Positions 18,871 to 28,057 of a stretch of 64,000 bases of DNA are shown here, one piece after another. How positions within the stretch are numbered: position 1 is the first letter of the stretch; every line of letters starts with the position of its first letter. The position numbers and the translations under genes were made by a program. Source of the DNA: an uncultured Oscillospiraceae bacterium. Lineage in GTDB: Bacteria; Bacillota; Clostridia; Peptostreptococcales; Anaerovoracaceae. The stretch is taken from NCBI GenBank assembly GCA_964442135.1, contig CAYTYN010000001.1:45978-109977 (forward strand), written 5' to 3'. The notes below the pieces were generated by a model. That model was not told where the DNA came from. It did not search any database and was given only the letters and a program-made list of their open reading frames with translations.

Positions 18871-19476
18871 TCACAGCTCTCTTCTTCCTTCCATGGCTTT
18901 TAGCAGAGTCACTTCGTCTGCGTACTCCAGATCTCCTCCTACAGGTATTCCGTTAGCTATCCGGCTCACCTTTATTCCGGAGGTCTTCAAGAGACGGGCT
19001 ATATACATGGCTGTAGCCTCCCCTTCAATGTTAGGGTTAGTCGCCAGTATCACCTCGTCCACCCGGCTGTTTTGAAGACGCAGGATCAGGCTCTTCAGAT
19101 TTATATCCTCAGGCCCTATGCCCTCCATGGGAGATATGGCGCCGTGGAGCACGTGGTACAGTCCGTCGAATTCTCTTATTCGCTCCATCGCCATGACGTC
19201 CTTCGGACTTTCCACCACGCAGATGACGTCCTGCCTTCTGGATCTATCAGAACAAATCCCACAGGGATCCGTATCGGTCAGATTCCCGCATACAGAGCAG
19301 TATCTCAGCTTCTCCTTAGCCTCTGTAATGGCATCCGCCAGTTTTTTTGCTTCTTCATCATCCATGGACATTATATGAAAGGCTAAGCGCTGGGCGGTTT
19401 TGACGCCTATGCCCGGAAGCCGGGACAGTTGGTTTATGAGCTTGGCAAGGGGTTTCGGGTAGCTTTTCATGACCAT
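18871..19476 (-). CDS. recR: Recombination protein RecR
   Basis: [15 protein letters not shown] helix-hairpin-helix, C4 zinc finger [16 protein letters not shown], and a Toprim domain. The third codon (ATG 19470) is spaced better from the GGAG RBS and may be the true start. Confidence 0.95.
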   Translation of the reverse strand: MVMKSYPKPLAKLINQLSRLPGIGVKTAQRLAFHIMSMDDEEAKKLADAITEAKEKLRYCSVCGNLTDTDPCGICSDRSRRQDVICVVESPKDVMAMERIREFDGLYHVLHGAISPMEGIGPEDINLKSLILRLQNSRVDEVILATNPNIEGEATAMYIARLLKTSGIKVSRIANGIPVGGDLEYADEVTLLKAMEGRREL

Positions 19477-19481
19477 CTCCG

Positions 19482-19844
19482 CTACATAAGTCCCGGAATG
19501 TTCAGTCCGCCTGTCAGCTTTTCCATTTCCTGACCGGAAACCTCCTCCACCTGTCGCATTACCTCGTTTACAGCGGCAAGGATGAGATCCTGGAGCATTT
19601 CCACATCATCAGGATCCACCACATCTTTATCGATCACCAGCTCTTTAAGCTCCTTCTTTCCGTTGGCGGTAACTGAAACAGCTCCACCGCCCGATGTGGC
19701 TGTGAACTCTCTCTCCTCCAGCTCTGCCTGAATCTGCTCCATCTGCCTCTGCATCGCCTGCATCTGCTGGAGCTGCTTTTGCATATTTCCTCCGCCCATT
19801 CCCTGGGGTTTAGGTTTCTTTCCGGCTTTCATTCCTCTTCCCAT
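19482..19844 (-). CDS. ybaB: Nucleoid-associated protein YbaB/EbfC
   Basis: 120 aa with a Gly/Met/Gln-rich N-terminus followed by [41 protein letters not shown]. Conserved dnaX-ybaB-recR order. Confidence 0.9.
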   Translation of the reverse strand: MGRGMKAGKKPKPQGMGGGNMQKQLQQMQAMQRQMEQIQAELEEREFTATSGGGAVSVTANGKKELKELVIDKDVVDPDDVEMLQDLILAAVNEVMRQVEEVSGQEMEKLTGGLNIPGLM

Positions 19845-19862
19845 GACAATCCTCCGTTCACT

Positions 19863-21416
19863 TTACTCTATAGTTACGTTATCTATGTGAAACTCCTTCT
19901 TAACCGCTTCCGCCACTGCTCTGGCTCTTTCCTCATTATCGTCATTGCCCGATTCCACTTCTTCCAGTCTGCAAACGGGTTTAAGCTTTCTTCCGATCTC
20001 CTCTTCCATCAGCCGGGATATGATGTGGCTCTCTTTTTCTATCATATTCCTTATGAACTCGGCTCTGACCAGTATCTTAAAGGAGTCCTTGCCTATCTCT
20101 GCCAGAAACGCCCCTGTCTTTATCATATTAAAGCTCGGCCTTATTTTCCCCGCTTTCCTGAATATATTGCTCCATATTTCCTCCAGGTCGTAATCCGGGT
20201 CACCGTCAGCTTTTTCTTTTCCTTCGTCAACAGCAGCGGTCCTCCTCTCTTCTCTCCTCTCCTTTACAGGCGGGTTTTCTTCTGCCTTTGCCGGGAGCTT
20301 CTCACCTCCTCCGGCCGGCGCCTTTTCCTTCATCCCGCCTCCGTCAGCCAATGTAGCTGCGGCAAGCTCTAAAAGGATTCTCGGCTGAGTAGAATACCTG
20401 GCGTCATTTATGGTTCTGGCCAGTGTAAGGATACCCTCATTTATTTCGTCTAAGGATATCCTCCGACTTTGTTTTCGCAGGGCATTTATATTTTCAGCAG
20501 ACATGTTCAGCACATTTTCCGGATTTTTAACATACCTAGTTATAAGCAGGCTTCTGTAGTGGCTCATCCAGTCCTTCATCATCTGCTTCGGGTCTTTTCC
20601 TTCCCTCATCGCACTGTCCAGTATCATCAGTGCGTCGCTTACATTGTGGGCAAGCACCTTTTCCGTAAGGGTTATGAAATATTCCTCTGAGACTGTACCG
20701 AGAAAATCCAGAATCAATTCCCTGTCGATGTCCCTATCTCCTCCGGATAGGCACTGATCCAGTATGCTCAACCCGTCTCTCACCGAGCCGTCTGCGTTGG
20801 CCGCGATGAGATGGAGTGCGCTGTCCGTAATGTTGACGCTTCTTTCCTCACAAATCTCCCTCATGTGGACTGCAAGGGCCTTTTCCGACACTCTCCTGAA
20901 GTCCAGCCTCATACATCTGGACAGTATGGTTTGGGGCAGCTTCTGGGGATCCGTCGTCGCCAAAATGAACATTACGTCTTCCGGCGGTTCCTCAAGGGTC
21001 TTCAGCAGCGCATTGGAAGCTCCCGCAGACAGCATGTGGACTTCGTCTATTATATATACCTTCTTCCTTCCCGCTGCGGGAAGATATTTAACGCTCTCTC
21101 TCAGTTCACGCACGTTTTCCACGCCGTTATTGGACGCGGCGTCTATCTCTATGACGTCGAAAAATGTTCCGTTCTTTATGGACAGGCAGTTCTCACAGCA
21201 GCCGCAGGGCTTTTCTCCCTCGGACAGACAGTTTACCGCTTTTGCCAGAATCCTCGCCGTGGATGTCTTTCCGGTTCCCCTGGTTCCGCAAAAAAGGTAC
21301 GCATGACTGACGGTTCCGGTTTCGATCTGATTCTTCAGCACCTTAACTATATGGTCCTGTCCCAGCACCTCAGAGAACACTTCAGGCCTCTTGGCTCTGT
21401 AAAGAGCTGTGTACAT
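19863..21416 (-). CDS. dnaX: DNA polymerase III subunit gamma/tau
   Basis: Start set at MYTALYRAKRP (ATG 21416, AGGAGGGGG RBS). Walker A GTRGTGKTS and zinc module CGCCENC. The longer ORF-track N-terminus runs through the SRP RNA gene. Confidence 0.9.
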   Translation of the reverse strand: MYTALYRAKRPEVFSEVLGQDHIVKVLKNQIETGTVSHAYLFCGTRGTGKTSTARILAKAVNCLSEGEKPCGCCENCLSIKNGTFFDVIEIDAASNNGVENVRELRESVKYLPAAGRKKVYIIDEVHMLSAGASNALLKTLEEPPEDVMFILATTDPQKLPQTILSRCMRLDFRRVSEKALAVHMREICEERSVNITDSALHLIAANADGSVRDGLSILDQCLSGGDRDIDRELILDFLGTVSEEYFITLTEKVLAHNVSDALMILDSAMREGKDPKQMMKDWMSHYRSLLITRYVKNPENVLNMSAENINALRKQSRRISLDEINEGILTLARTINDARYSTQPRILLELAAATLADGGGMKEKAPAGGGEKLPAKAEENPPVKERREERRTAAVDEGKEKADGDPDYDLEEIWSNIFRKAGKIRPSFNMIKTGAFLAEIGKDSFKILVRAEFIRNMIEKESHIISRLMEEEIGRKLKPVCRLEEVESGNDDNEERARAVAEAVKKEFHIDNVTIE

Positions 21417-21465
21417 CCGCCCCCTCCTTTCCACGCCTATCAACGATTTTCCGGCACACGATAAA

Positions 21466-21631
21466 ATACGCTCCTTAACAGCTCCGCCAAACAAATGGAA
21501 AAGGCTTATCTGCGGCACATGGGAACCTCCGCTTATTGCTGCTTCCTTCCGGACCTGACAAGGTTCACGGCGTCTCATTGCGCAGGACCCAGACCAAGCC
21601 GGGCGAAGCTGTTAAAGAGCATATTCACAGT
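21466..21631 (-). ncRNA. ffs: Signal recognition particle RNA (4.5S/scRNA type); ends approximate
   Basis: The minus strand contains the universal domain IV sequence GTCAGGTCCGGAAGGAAGCAGC (plus-strand coordinates 21538-21559). 5' GCTCTTTAACAGCTTCGCC pairs with 3' GGCGGAGCTGTTAAGGAGC to close a long hairpin. A consensus promoter lies upstream and a T-tract follows. The scr-dnaX synteny matches Bacillus. Confidence 0.8.
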
Positions 21632-21637
21632 GTTTTA

Positions 21638-21666
21638 ATTATATTGGTTTTCACCATATGTGTCAA
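21638..21666 (-). promoter_or_regulatory. Consensus promoter (TTGACA-17 nt-TATAAT) of the SRP RNA gene
   Basis: On the minus strand, TTGACA lies at 21666-21661 and TATAAT at 21643-21638. Confidence 0.65.
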
Positions 21667-21730
21667 GAGCACGCAGGCAGAGCTGGCTGTCCTGCGGCTC
21701 TTGCGGCTCTTTATCTATTTTTTCGTTAGT

Positions 21731-23011
21731 CTATAGGACCTCGTTTTTTATCATATCTTCGTAGGTCTGAGGTTTTATGATCCACCTGGACTGCCCGTCT
21801 TTTACGAATATGGCTCCCGGAATCGGGTTCTTATTGTAGTTACTCGCCATGGTGTATCCGTAAGCGCCGGTAGAGTATATGGCGAATATGTCTCCCTTTT
21901 CCGGATGAGGGATTTTGATATTCTCGATGAGGATATCTCCGGACTCGCAGCACTTGCCGCAGATGGTCACCGTCTCAGTCTTTTCTTCTCCGGCTTTGTT
22001 GGCGATTACCCCTGTGTACTCGGCCTGATAGAGAGCCGGTCTTATATTATCGGTCATACCGCCGTCTACGGAAACGTACTTCCTCACATCTCTTATGTCT
22101 TTTATACTGCCGATGGTGTATAGGGTGATACCTGCCTCGGCGACTATGCTCCTTCCGGGCTCGATGACCACATTAGGACGGGCGCAGGCCTTTTCTCTGT
22201 AGTGATTTTCGATTTTTTCCATCATAGGATCCAGAAAGTAGCTGAAAGGCTTCCTCTCCTCATCGACGTATGTTGCACCGAATCCTCCTCCTACGTTTAT
22301 CTCCTTTATGTCGTATCCGAAGGTATTCTCGATCTTATCCGCTATATCAAGGATTATCTCTGTGGCCTTTATGTGGGACTCGTTGTCAAATATCTGGGAG
22401 CCGACGTGAAAATGTATGCCGTAGAAATCTATAAGCTCGGACTTAATAGCCTTCTCCACCTGAGGAAGGAAAACGTCGTCATCTAAAGGAATGCCGAATT
22501 TGGAATCCTTCTTTCCCGTTACCATATAGTCGTGGGTGCTGCTCATTACGCCCGGTGTAACTCTGAACAGGATTTTAGCGGTCCTCCCCTTTTCCGCACA
22601 TACCTCTTCTATCATGTCCAGCTCCTGAAGGCTGTCCACTATGATTCTGCCGATACCGTACTCTACAGCCATCTCTATTTCAGATCCGGACTTATTGTTT
22701 CCGTTGAACTCTATTTTCTCGGCGGGGAAACCGGCTTTTACTGCGGTATAAAGCTCTCCTCCGGATACTACGTCTACACAGCACCCGCACTGATCCACCA
22801 GCTTTGCCATGGCAACGGGAAAGAATGCTTTCGCCGCATATGCGATACGGGTACCTTCGTATTTTTCAGTAAAGGCTTCCTTAAGCTCTTGGAAACGCCT
22901 TGCAATCTCCGTCTCAGAAACCACATAAAGGGGTGTGCCGTATTTTCTCGCAAGCTCTACAGTGTTACATCCATCAAAGAAAAGAACACCACCTTTAATT
23001 TCCCTGAACAT
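21731..23011 (-). CDS. lysA: Diaminopimelate decarboxylase
   Basis: 426 aa of the fold-III PLP decarboxylase family, with YAAKAF (PLP lysine), HFHVGSQ, GGGFG and CESGD blocks. Confidence 0.92.
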   Translation of the reverse strand: MFREIKGGVLFFDGCNTVELARKYGTPLYVVSETEIARRFQELKEAFTEKYEGTRIAYAAKAFFPVAMAKLVDQCGCCVDVVSGGELYTAVKAGFPAEKIEFNGNNKSGSEIEMAVEYGIGRIIVDSLQELDMIEEVCAEKGRTAKILFRVTPGVMSSTHDYMVTGKKDSKFGIPLDDDVFLPQVEKAIKSELIDFYGIHFHVGSQIFDNESHIKATEIILDIADKIENTFGYDIKEINVGGGFGATYVDEERKPFSYFLDPMMEKIENHYREKACARPNVVIEPGRSIVAEAGITLYTIGSIKDIRDVRKYVSVDGGMTDNIRPALYQAEYTGVIANKAGEEKTETVTICGKCCESGDILIENIKIPHPEKGDIFAIYSTGAYGYTMASNYNKNPIPGAIFVKDGQSRWIIKPQTYEDMIKNEVL

Positions 23012-23014
23012 TCC

Positions 23015-23049
23015 ACGTTCCTCCTTTTAAAAACAGGGGCAGCGCTGAA
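23015..23049 (-). terminator. Intrinsic terminator after ldcA
   Basis: The minus strand reads GGGGCAG-tttcagcg-CTGCCCC followed by TGTTTTTAAAA. The lysA RBS follows directly. Confidence 0.6.
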
Positions 23050-23069
23050 ACTGCCCCTTTCTCTGCTGA

Positions 23070-23990
23070 TTATTTTTCAACTTTAAACGATATCCTTCCC
23101 GCAGATGTATCCATAGAGCATACAGCCCCCATAGGAAGCGTCATCATCGGCTTGCCGTGACCGGACTGAATGTTATACATCACAGGAATATCAATGTCTT
23201 CTAAGATATCCTTCATATCTTCGTATACATCATACTCCGGTCTTTTGAAATTTTCAACCTCTGTAAACTGTCCAAGCAAAATTCCTTTACATCTTTTTAG
23301 CTTTCCTGAATTCCTCAGGTGATACATCCACTTTTCTATCTTCGTAATATTCTCGTTGACTTCCTCTACGAAGAGAATCTTGCCATCTGTGTCCGGGTCG
23401 TAAGGGGTGGCTACACTTGCGGAAAGGAGGGAAAGATTGCCGCCTGTGAGAATACCCTCAGCCCTTCCTTCCTTGAGAACCTTTATGTCAAATCCCTCAG
23501 GGTTCTTAAATTCGAAGTCTCCTTCGGCGTTGATGGCGGCATAAAGGGACGCGGCTGTTTCATCGTCAAAATCGTTCAGTATGTTGGAGGAAACCATAGG
23601 TCCGTGAAAGGTCACAAGATCGCAGTTCTGATTTATTCCCAGATGGAGATTGGTAATATCGCTGTATCCGACGAAGATCTTAGGATTATTCCTGATAACG
23701 TCATAATCTAGGTATTCCATTATCCTGCTGCTGGTGTCTCCGCCCTTTACACAGAATATGGCTTTAACCTCCGGGTCGGCGAACATTTTGTTTACCCATT
23801 CGCCTCTGACCTTCCCTGAACCGGCCATAAATCCGCCGTGATTTTCTTCCAGATTGTCAGCGGCCTTCACCTTATATCCCAGGCTCTCCATCTTTTCTAT
23901 GAGCTTGGGAGTCATACCCGGTTCCACCGGGGAACTGGGGCAAACGATACCTATAGTATCGCCTTTTTCCAATTTCTCAGGATATCTCAT
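23070..23990 (-). CDS. ldcA: LD-carboxypeptidase (S66, muramoyltetrapeptide carboxypeptidase)
   Basis: Nucleophile motif GYSDITNLH and C-terminal SGHG. Start set at MRYPEKL (ATG 23990, AAGAGGTG RBS) rather than the track's 24062. Confidence 0.8.
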   Translation of the reverse strand: MRYPEKLEKGDTIGIVCPSSPVEPGMTPKLIEKMESLGYKVKAADNLEENHGGFMAGSGKVRGEWVNKMFADPEVKAIFCVKGGDTSSRIMEYLDYDVIRNNPKIFVGYSDITNLHLGINQNCDLVTFHGPMVSSNILNDFDDETAASLYAAINAEGDFEFKNPEGFDIKVLKEGRAEGILTGGNLSLLSASVATPYDPDTDGKILFVEEVNENITKIEKWMYHLRNSGKLKRCKGILLGQFTEVENFKRPEYDVYEDMKDILEDIDIPVMYNIQSGHGKPMMTLPMGAVCSMDTSAGRISFKVEK

Positions 23991-24087
23991 GTGTAGCACC
24001 TCTTTTTTAGCTGTACCGTAACAGGTTAACGATGACACAGGATGCCATATAGAACAGAGCATGTCTGCCGGATAAAGAATTTTCTCC

Positions 24088-24783
24088 CTACGATCGTATT
24101 ATGGACTTAAGGAACGACTTCAGCCTGTCCGACTTCGGATTTTCAAATATCTCCTCCGGCGACCCCTCTTCGACTACTTCCCCGTCATTCATGAAGATGA
24201 CTCTATCCGCCACCTCTCTGGCAAACCCCATCTCGTGAGTTACCACTATCATGGTAGTATGCTCCCGAGCCAGCTTTTTCATTACGTTGAGAACCTCCCC
24301 CGTTATCTCGGGATCCAGTGCTGAGGTCGGCTCGTCGAAAAGCATGAGATCCGGATTCATGGCAAGAGCTCTCGCTATGGCTACCCTCTGCTTTTGCCCT
24401 CCGGAAATATGGGCGGGATACACGTCAGCCTTTGTCTCAAGGCCTACCATATTCAGAAGCTCCATAGCCCTCTTCCTCGCTTCCTCTTTACTTTCTCCCT
24501 TTACCTTGATCGGGGCGTAGGTTATATTTTCAAGGCATGTCATATGAGGGAACAGGTTGAAGTGCTGGAACACCATACCCGTCTCTCCGTTCAACTCAAT
24601 AGTACCCGATGTAACCTTATTCAGGCCGTTTATACACCTTAGCAAAGTGCTTTTCCCTGAGCCTGAAGGTCCTATGACAGCGACAGTCTCACCCTTTGAC
24701 ACGGTGAGGCTGACTCCTTTTACAGCGCTCAGCTCTCCGAAATCCTTTACGATGTCGGTCATTTTCAGGATGGTCCGGCTCAT
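24088..24783 (-). CDS. Polar amino-acid ABC transporter ATP-binding protein
   Basis: Walker [10 protein letters not shown], signature SGGQKQR and Walker [13 protein letters not shown]. GlnQ/HisP-like length. Confidence 0.9.
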   Translation of the reverse strand: MSRTILKMTDIVKDFGELSAVKGVSLTVSKGETVAVIGPSGSGKSTLLRCINGLNKVTSGTIELNGETGMVFQHFNLFPHMTCLENITYAPIKVKGESKEEARKRAMELLNMVGLETKADVYPAHISGGQKQRVAIARALAMNPDLMLFDEPTSALDPEITGEVLNVMKKLAREHTTMIVVTHEMGFAREVADRVIFMNDGEVVEEGSPEEIFENPKSDRLKSFLKSIIRS

Positions 24784-25445
24784 CAGTATTCCTCCTTGGC
24801 GTCATATCTCATGAAATACTTTTCGATTCGCCCCGCTATAAGGGTCAAAACGCTGCACATTATCAGGTAGATGGCCGCAGCCCAGAAAAATATGCTGATA
24901 TCCGTCTCCCTGTTTACGGCACTCTGAGTCGCTTTCATCAGCTCCACTACGCCGATGCTGGAAGCGAGGGCAGTATCCTTTACCAGGGTTATGCTCTCGT
25001 TCACTACAGGGGGCAGAATGGTCTTCATGGTCTGAGGCAGAATTATGTCCTTCATAGTCTGCCATCTGGAAAGCCCCAATGTGTACGCCGCCTCGTACTG
25101 TCCCTTATCTATGCCGTTTATCCCGCCTCTGTATATTTCGGCAAAGTAGGCGGCGTAGTTGAACACGAAGGTTATACATGCCGTCGGCAGAGCCGGCAGC
25201 CTGATATCCAGGGTGAACGGGAAGAAAAAGTAGAAAAAGAACAGTTGCAGCATGAGAGGCGTCCCTCTGAACACCCACACGTAAACCTTGCAGATCCAGC
25301 TCAAAGGCTTGAACCTGCTCCTCACGCCCAAGGCTATGGGAAGTCCCAGCGGCAGCGACACCGCCAGTGTGATGACGAACAATAATATGGTGATCTTCAC
25401 TCCCACCAACATGAAGGGGAGAAACTGCGAGAAATAATCTGCCAT
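24783..25445 (-). CDS. Polar amino-acid ABC transporter permease
   Basis: 220 aa of the His/Glu/Gln/Arg permease family, with the EAA-like loop [21 protein letters not shown]. Confidence 0.9.
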   Translation of the reverse strand: MADYFSQFLPFMLVGVKITILLFVITLAVSLPLGLPIALGVRSRFKPLSWICKVYVWVFRGTPLMLQLFFFYFFFPFTLDIRLPALPTACITFVFNYAAYFAEIYRGGINGIDKGQYEAAYTLGLSRWQTMKDIILPQTMKTILPPVVNESITLVKDTALASSIGVVELMKATQSAVNRETDISIFFWAAAIYLIMCSVLTLIAGRIEKYFMRYDAKEEY

Positions 25446-25537
25446 AGGAATTCTCTCTCCGTTCTATTCGATAGAACAGGCGGGGTTTATCCCCGCCTTT
25501 TTAATTATATTATCAATGGGGTATTCAGTGGAGCGCT

Positions 25538-26350
25538 CTATTCTATAGGCTCGCAGATTACGATGTCTCTTCCGAACCACTTCTCACTTATCTCCGCTGC
25601 TACTCCGTTTTCCACAAGGGTTTCAAGGGCTTCGTTCACCTTATCTCTCAGCTCTGTATTTTCCTTTGCAAAGCCTATAACATAGAAATCGTCTCCCAAG
25701 TCGTAGGTACATTCTACCATGTCGCCGCCCAGGTTATTGTTAGTGTATTCTCCCAAAACCTGATCCACAGCGATCACGTCCACTCTCCCCGCTTTCAGAT
25801 CCATTATGGCAAGATCATAGGTGTCATATTCCGTAATGTTGTCTGCAAACGATTCGTAGGCATCATCTGCCTGGAGCATCTGGAGAGCGGAAGAATCCAC
25901 CTGAGTCCCTATTCTCAGGTCCGCCAAATCTTCTCCGCTGGTAACGTCTATACCGGAATCAGCCAGAGCCATGAGTACGATCTTATTGTTAAGATACTTG
26001 TGTGAGAGAGCAAAGCTCTCCTGTCTCTCAGGCGTAAGAGAGAATCCGTTCCACAGACAGTTGATAGTTCCCGCCTCTATTTCGATCTCCTTAGCGTCCC
26101 AGTCTATAGGCCTGAATTCCACTTCCATGCCCAGTTCTTCAGCTACGGCGGTAGCCAGGTCTATATCGAACCCCACCAGATTGCCTTCTTCATCTCTGAA
26201 TCCCATAGGAGCAAAGGTGTCGTCCAAGCCTACTACAAGGGTGGTCACTTCCGAAGCGCTGTCGCCGTCTTCGCTTCCGCATCCTGCCAAGGCCGTCATC
26301 CCCAGCACCATTACCGCGACTAAAGCCGCCGATATAAACTTCTTCTTCAT
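25538..26350 (-). CDS. Amino-acid ABC transporter substrate-binding lipoprotein
   Basis: Signal peptide with lipobox LAGC, then a family-3 solute-binding domain (GFDIDLA...). Confidence 0.9.
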   Translation of the reverse strand: MKKKFISAALVAVMVLGMTALAGCGSEDGDSASEVTTLVVGLDDTFAPMGFRDEEGNLVGFDIDLATAVAEELGMEVEFRPIDWDAKEIEIEAGTINCLWNGFSLTPERQESFALSHKYLNNKIVLMALADSGIDVTSGEDLADLRIGTQVDSSALQMLQADDAYESFADNITEYDTYDLAIMDLKAGRVDVIAVDQVLGEYTNNNLGGDMVECTYDLGDDFYVIGFAKENTELRDKVNEALETLVENGVAAEISEKWFGRDIVICEPIE

Positions 26351-26467
26351 CTTCTCTTCGTCCTTTCTTGAAATATATGATACCCTTTCATCTTCAGCGC
26401 ATTTACACCTCTGAACCCAGGGCAGTTCACTTTATCGCTTTATCCCATTAAATTTACGGCAATTTTC

Positions 26468-26496
26468 AGTCTATCACGGAGACCGCCGATTGTCAA
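26468..26496 (-). promoter_or_regulatory. Candidate promoter (TTGACA-17 nt-TAGACT) for the ABC transporter operon
   Basis: Perfect -35 on the minus strand at 26496-26491 and a 4/6 -10 at 26473-26468. This leaves a ~115-nt leader. Confidence 0.4.
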
Positions 26497-26581
26497 GGTT
26501 TCAGGTCCTTTTAGGCGGTGGCTTTTGAGCGCTTTTGAGCAACTGCCCTTTGGGCGGTGCATGATTTGACGTATCTCCCGT

Positions 26582-27061
26582 TTACTTATGGTACGTCTCC
26601 CCTCGATTTATCTTAAACACCCTATATATCTGCTCTAAAAGGATCACCCTCATCATCTGATGAGGGAAGGTCATATCGGAGAAGGATAGCCGCAGATCAG
26701 CTCTTTCGCTGACGGCTCCGTCAAGCCCTAAGCTTCCGCCTATGATAAAGGACACGCTGCCGTATCCGGACAGGGCAATATCTGCCATTTTCTTCGCCAT
26801 CTCCTCTGAACTCAGCTTCTTACCCTTCACCTCCAGAGAGATGACGTAGGTATCCCTGCCTATGTGTTTGAGTATGGCTTTTCCCTCTTCCTTCTTCACT
26901 GCCGCCTCTTCAGCCTTACCTGCTCTGTCCGGCAGTCGGGATTCCTTCAGCTCGATTATCTCCATGCTGCAATAGGCCCCAAGCCTTTTGGCGTACTCCT
27001 TTACTGCTTCGGTCCAGTATTTCTCCTTAAGCTTTCCCACGCATATGACAGTTATGTTCAC
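26582..27061 (-). CDS. rlmH: 23S rRNA (pseudouridine1915-N3)-methyltransferase
   Basis: 159 aa of the SPOUT fold. The IGGS.G and EQIYRAxxI-like C-terminus (LLEQIYRVFKI) is typical of RlmH. Confidence 0.92.
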   Translation of the reverse strand: MNITVICVGKLKEKYWTEAVKEYAKRLGAYCSMEIIELKESRLPDRAGKAEEAAVKKEEGKAILKHIGRDTYVISLEVKGKKLSSEEMAKKMADIALSGYGSVSFIIGGSLGLDGAVSERADLRLSFSDMTFPHQMMRVILLEQIYRVFKINRGETYHK

Positions 27062-27093
27062 GATCCCACCTCTTCGATCTAAACCTCTTTCGT

Positions 27094-27894
27094 CTAAACC
27101 TCTATGATCTGTCCCGGCTCGTCTCTCTTCAGCACATCTAGGTATAGATCCCGTTCTATCAGAATGTCATCGTCGAGCAGCATGTTCCTGACAGTCAAAA
27201 ACGCCTGCTCCGGTGTGTTATTCTCCCTGCTCAGGTGAGCCAGCACCACCTTAGGCGCCTCTTTTCTTCCTCTTTCCCTCATCATGCGGCAAATGACCGT
27301 TCCCGCTGTTTCGTTGGAAATGTGGCCTTTATCTCCCAGTATTCTCTGCTTCAAATAGTAGGGATAGGCTCCCATCATCAGCACGTTGACCTCATGGTTC
27401 GCCTCGAGGACGAGAAGATTGCTTTCCCTTATGTAGTGAAATATCTCTTCTGTGACGCATCCTGTATCGGTGACTACAGTGACCCTTTTATTCCCTTCTG
27501 TAACGGAATATCCCAAAGGCTCCGCCGCATCATGGGACAGTGAAAATGGCTCTACCTTGAGATCTCCTATGCGAAATACTACCCCTGTCTCGACCTTGCA
27601 AAATCTCTCACCCTCCGCCATCTCTTTTACGGCGTGGAGAGTTCCTCCGCTTCCGTATATCCCGGCCGACACAGCCTTTTTGCTGATCATCTTCAGGCTT
27701 CTTACGTGATCCGTATGCTCGTGGGTTATCAATATGCCGTCGAGAGACTCAGGGGAAAGCCCCAGCTCCTTCAGACCGGCTATGACGTTTTTACCCGTCG
27801 TTCCCACGTCTATGGCCACTGCCGTCGTCTCGCTTTTCAATATATAGCAGTTGCCGCTGCTGCCGCTGGCAACTGAAAGAAATTTCATCGACAT
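27094..27894 (-). CDS. MBL-fold metallo-hydrolase (YycJ/WalJ-like)
   Basis: SGSSGNCY, the HEHTDH metal motif, and conserved position upstream of rlmH. The ATG at 27888 (MKFLSV) is an alternative start with better RBS spacing. Confidence 0.85.
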   Translation of the reverse strand: MSMKFLSVASGSSGNCYILKSETTAVAIDVGTTGKNVIAGLKELGLSPESLDGILITHEHTDHVRSLKMISKKAVSAGIYGSGGTLHAVKEMAEGERFCKVETGVVFRIGDLKVEPFSLSHDAAEPLGYSVTEGNKRVTVVTDTGCVTEEIFHYIRESNLLVLEANHEVNVLMMGAYPYYLKQRILGDKGHISNETAGTVICRMMRERGRKEAPKVVLAHLSRENNTPEQAFLTVRNMLLDDDILIERDLYLDVLKRDEPGQIIEV

Positions 27895-27944
27895 TGCCTT
27901 TTCTGCTTCTCCCGTTCCTTATTTTATGCAAACACTATTTTCTC

Positions 27945-27973
27945 ATTATACTAATACGAGCCTGTTAAATCAA
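27945..27973 (-). promoter_or_regulatory. Promoter (TTGATT-17 nt-TATAAT) for the MBL-hydrolase/rlmH unit
   Basis: On the minus strand, TTGATT lies at 27973-27968 and TATAAT at 27950-27945. Confidence 0.5.
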
Positions 27974-28057
27974 CGGCGAAAACTGATATGGCGCCGTCTT
28001 GCTACGGCCCGCACCCTATGATAAAATGAAACCCTAATATATTCAAGGAGGCTCACC

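Noticed and set aside
20209-20225. A-rich run (GAAAAGAAAAAG on the coding strand) in dnaX, considered as a programmed frameshift site for a gamma subunit.
   Set aside because: It does not match the A-AAA-AAG slippery heptamer. There is no downstream stem-loop or nearby out-of-frame stop arrangement.
21417-21578. 54-codon N-terminal extension of dnaX in the ORF track.
   Set aside because: The extension is translated from the SRP RNA gene (it contains the GGAAGCAGC domain IV sequence). The canonical DnaX N-terminus MYTALYRAKRP has a strong RBS at 21416.
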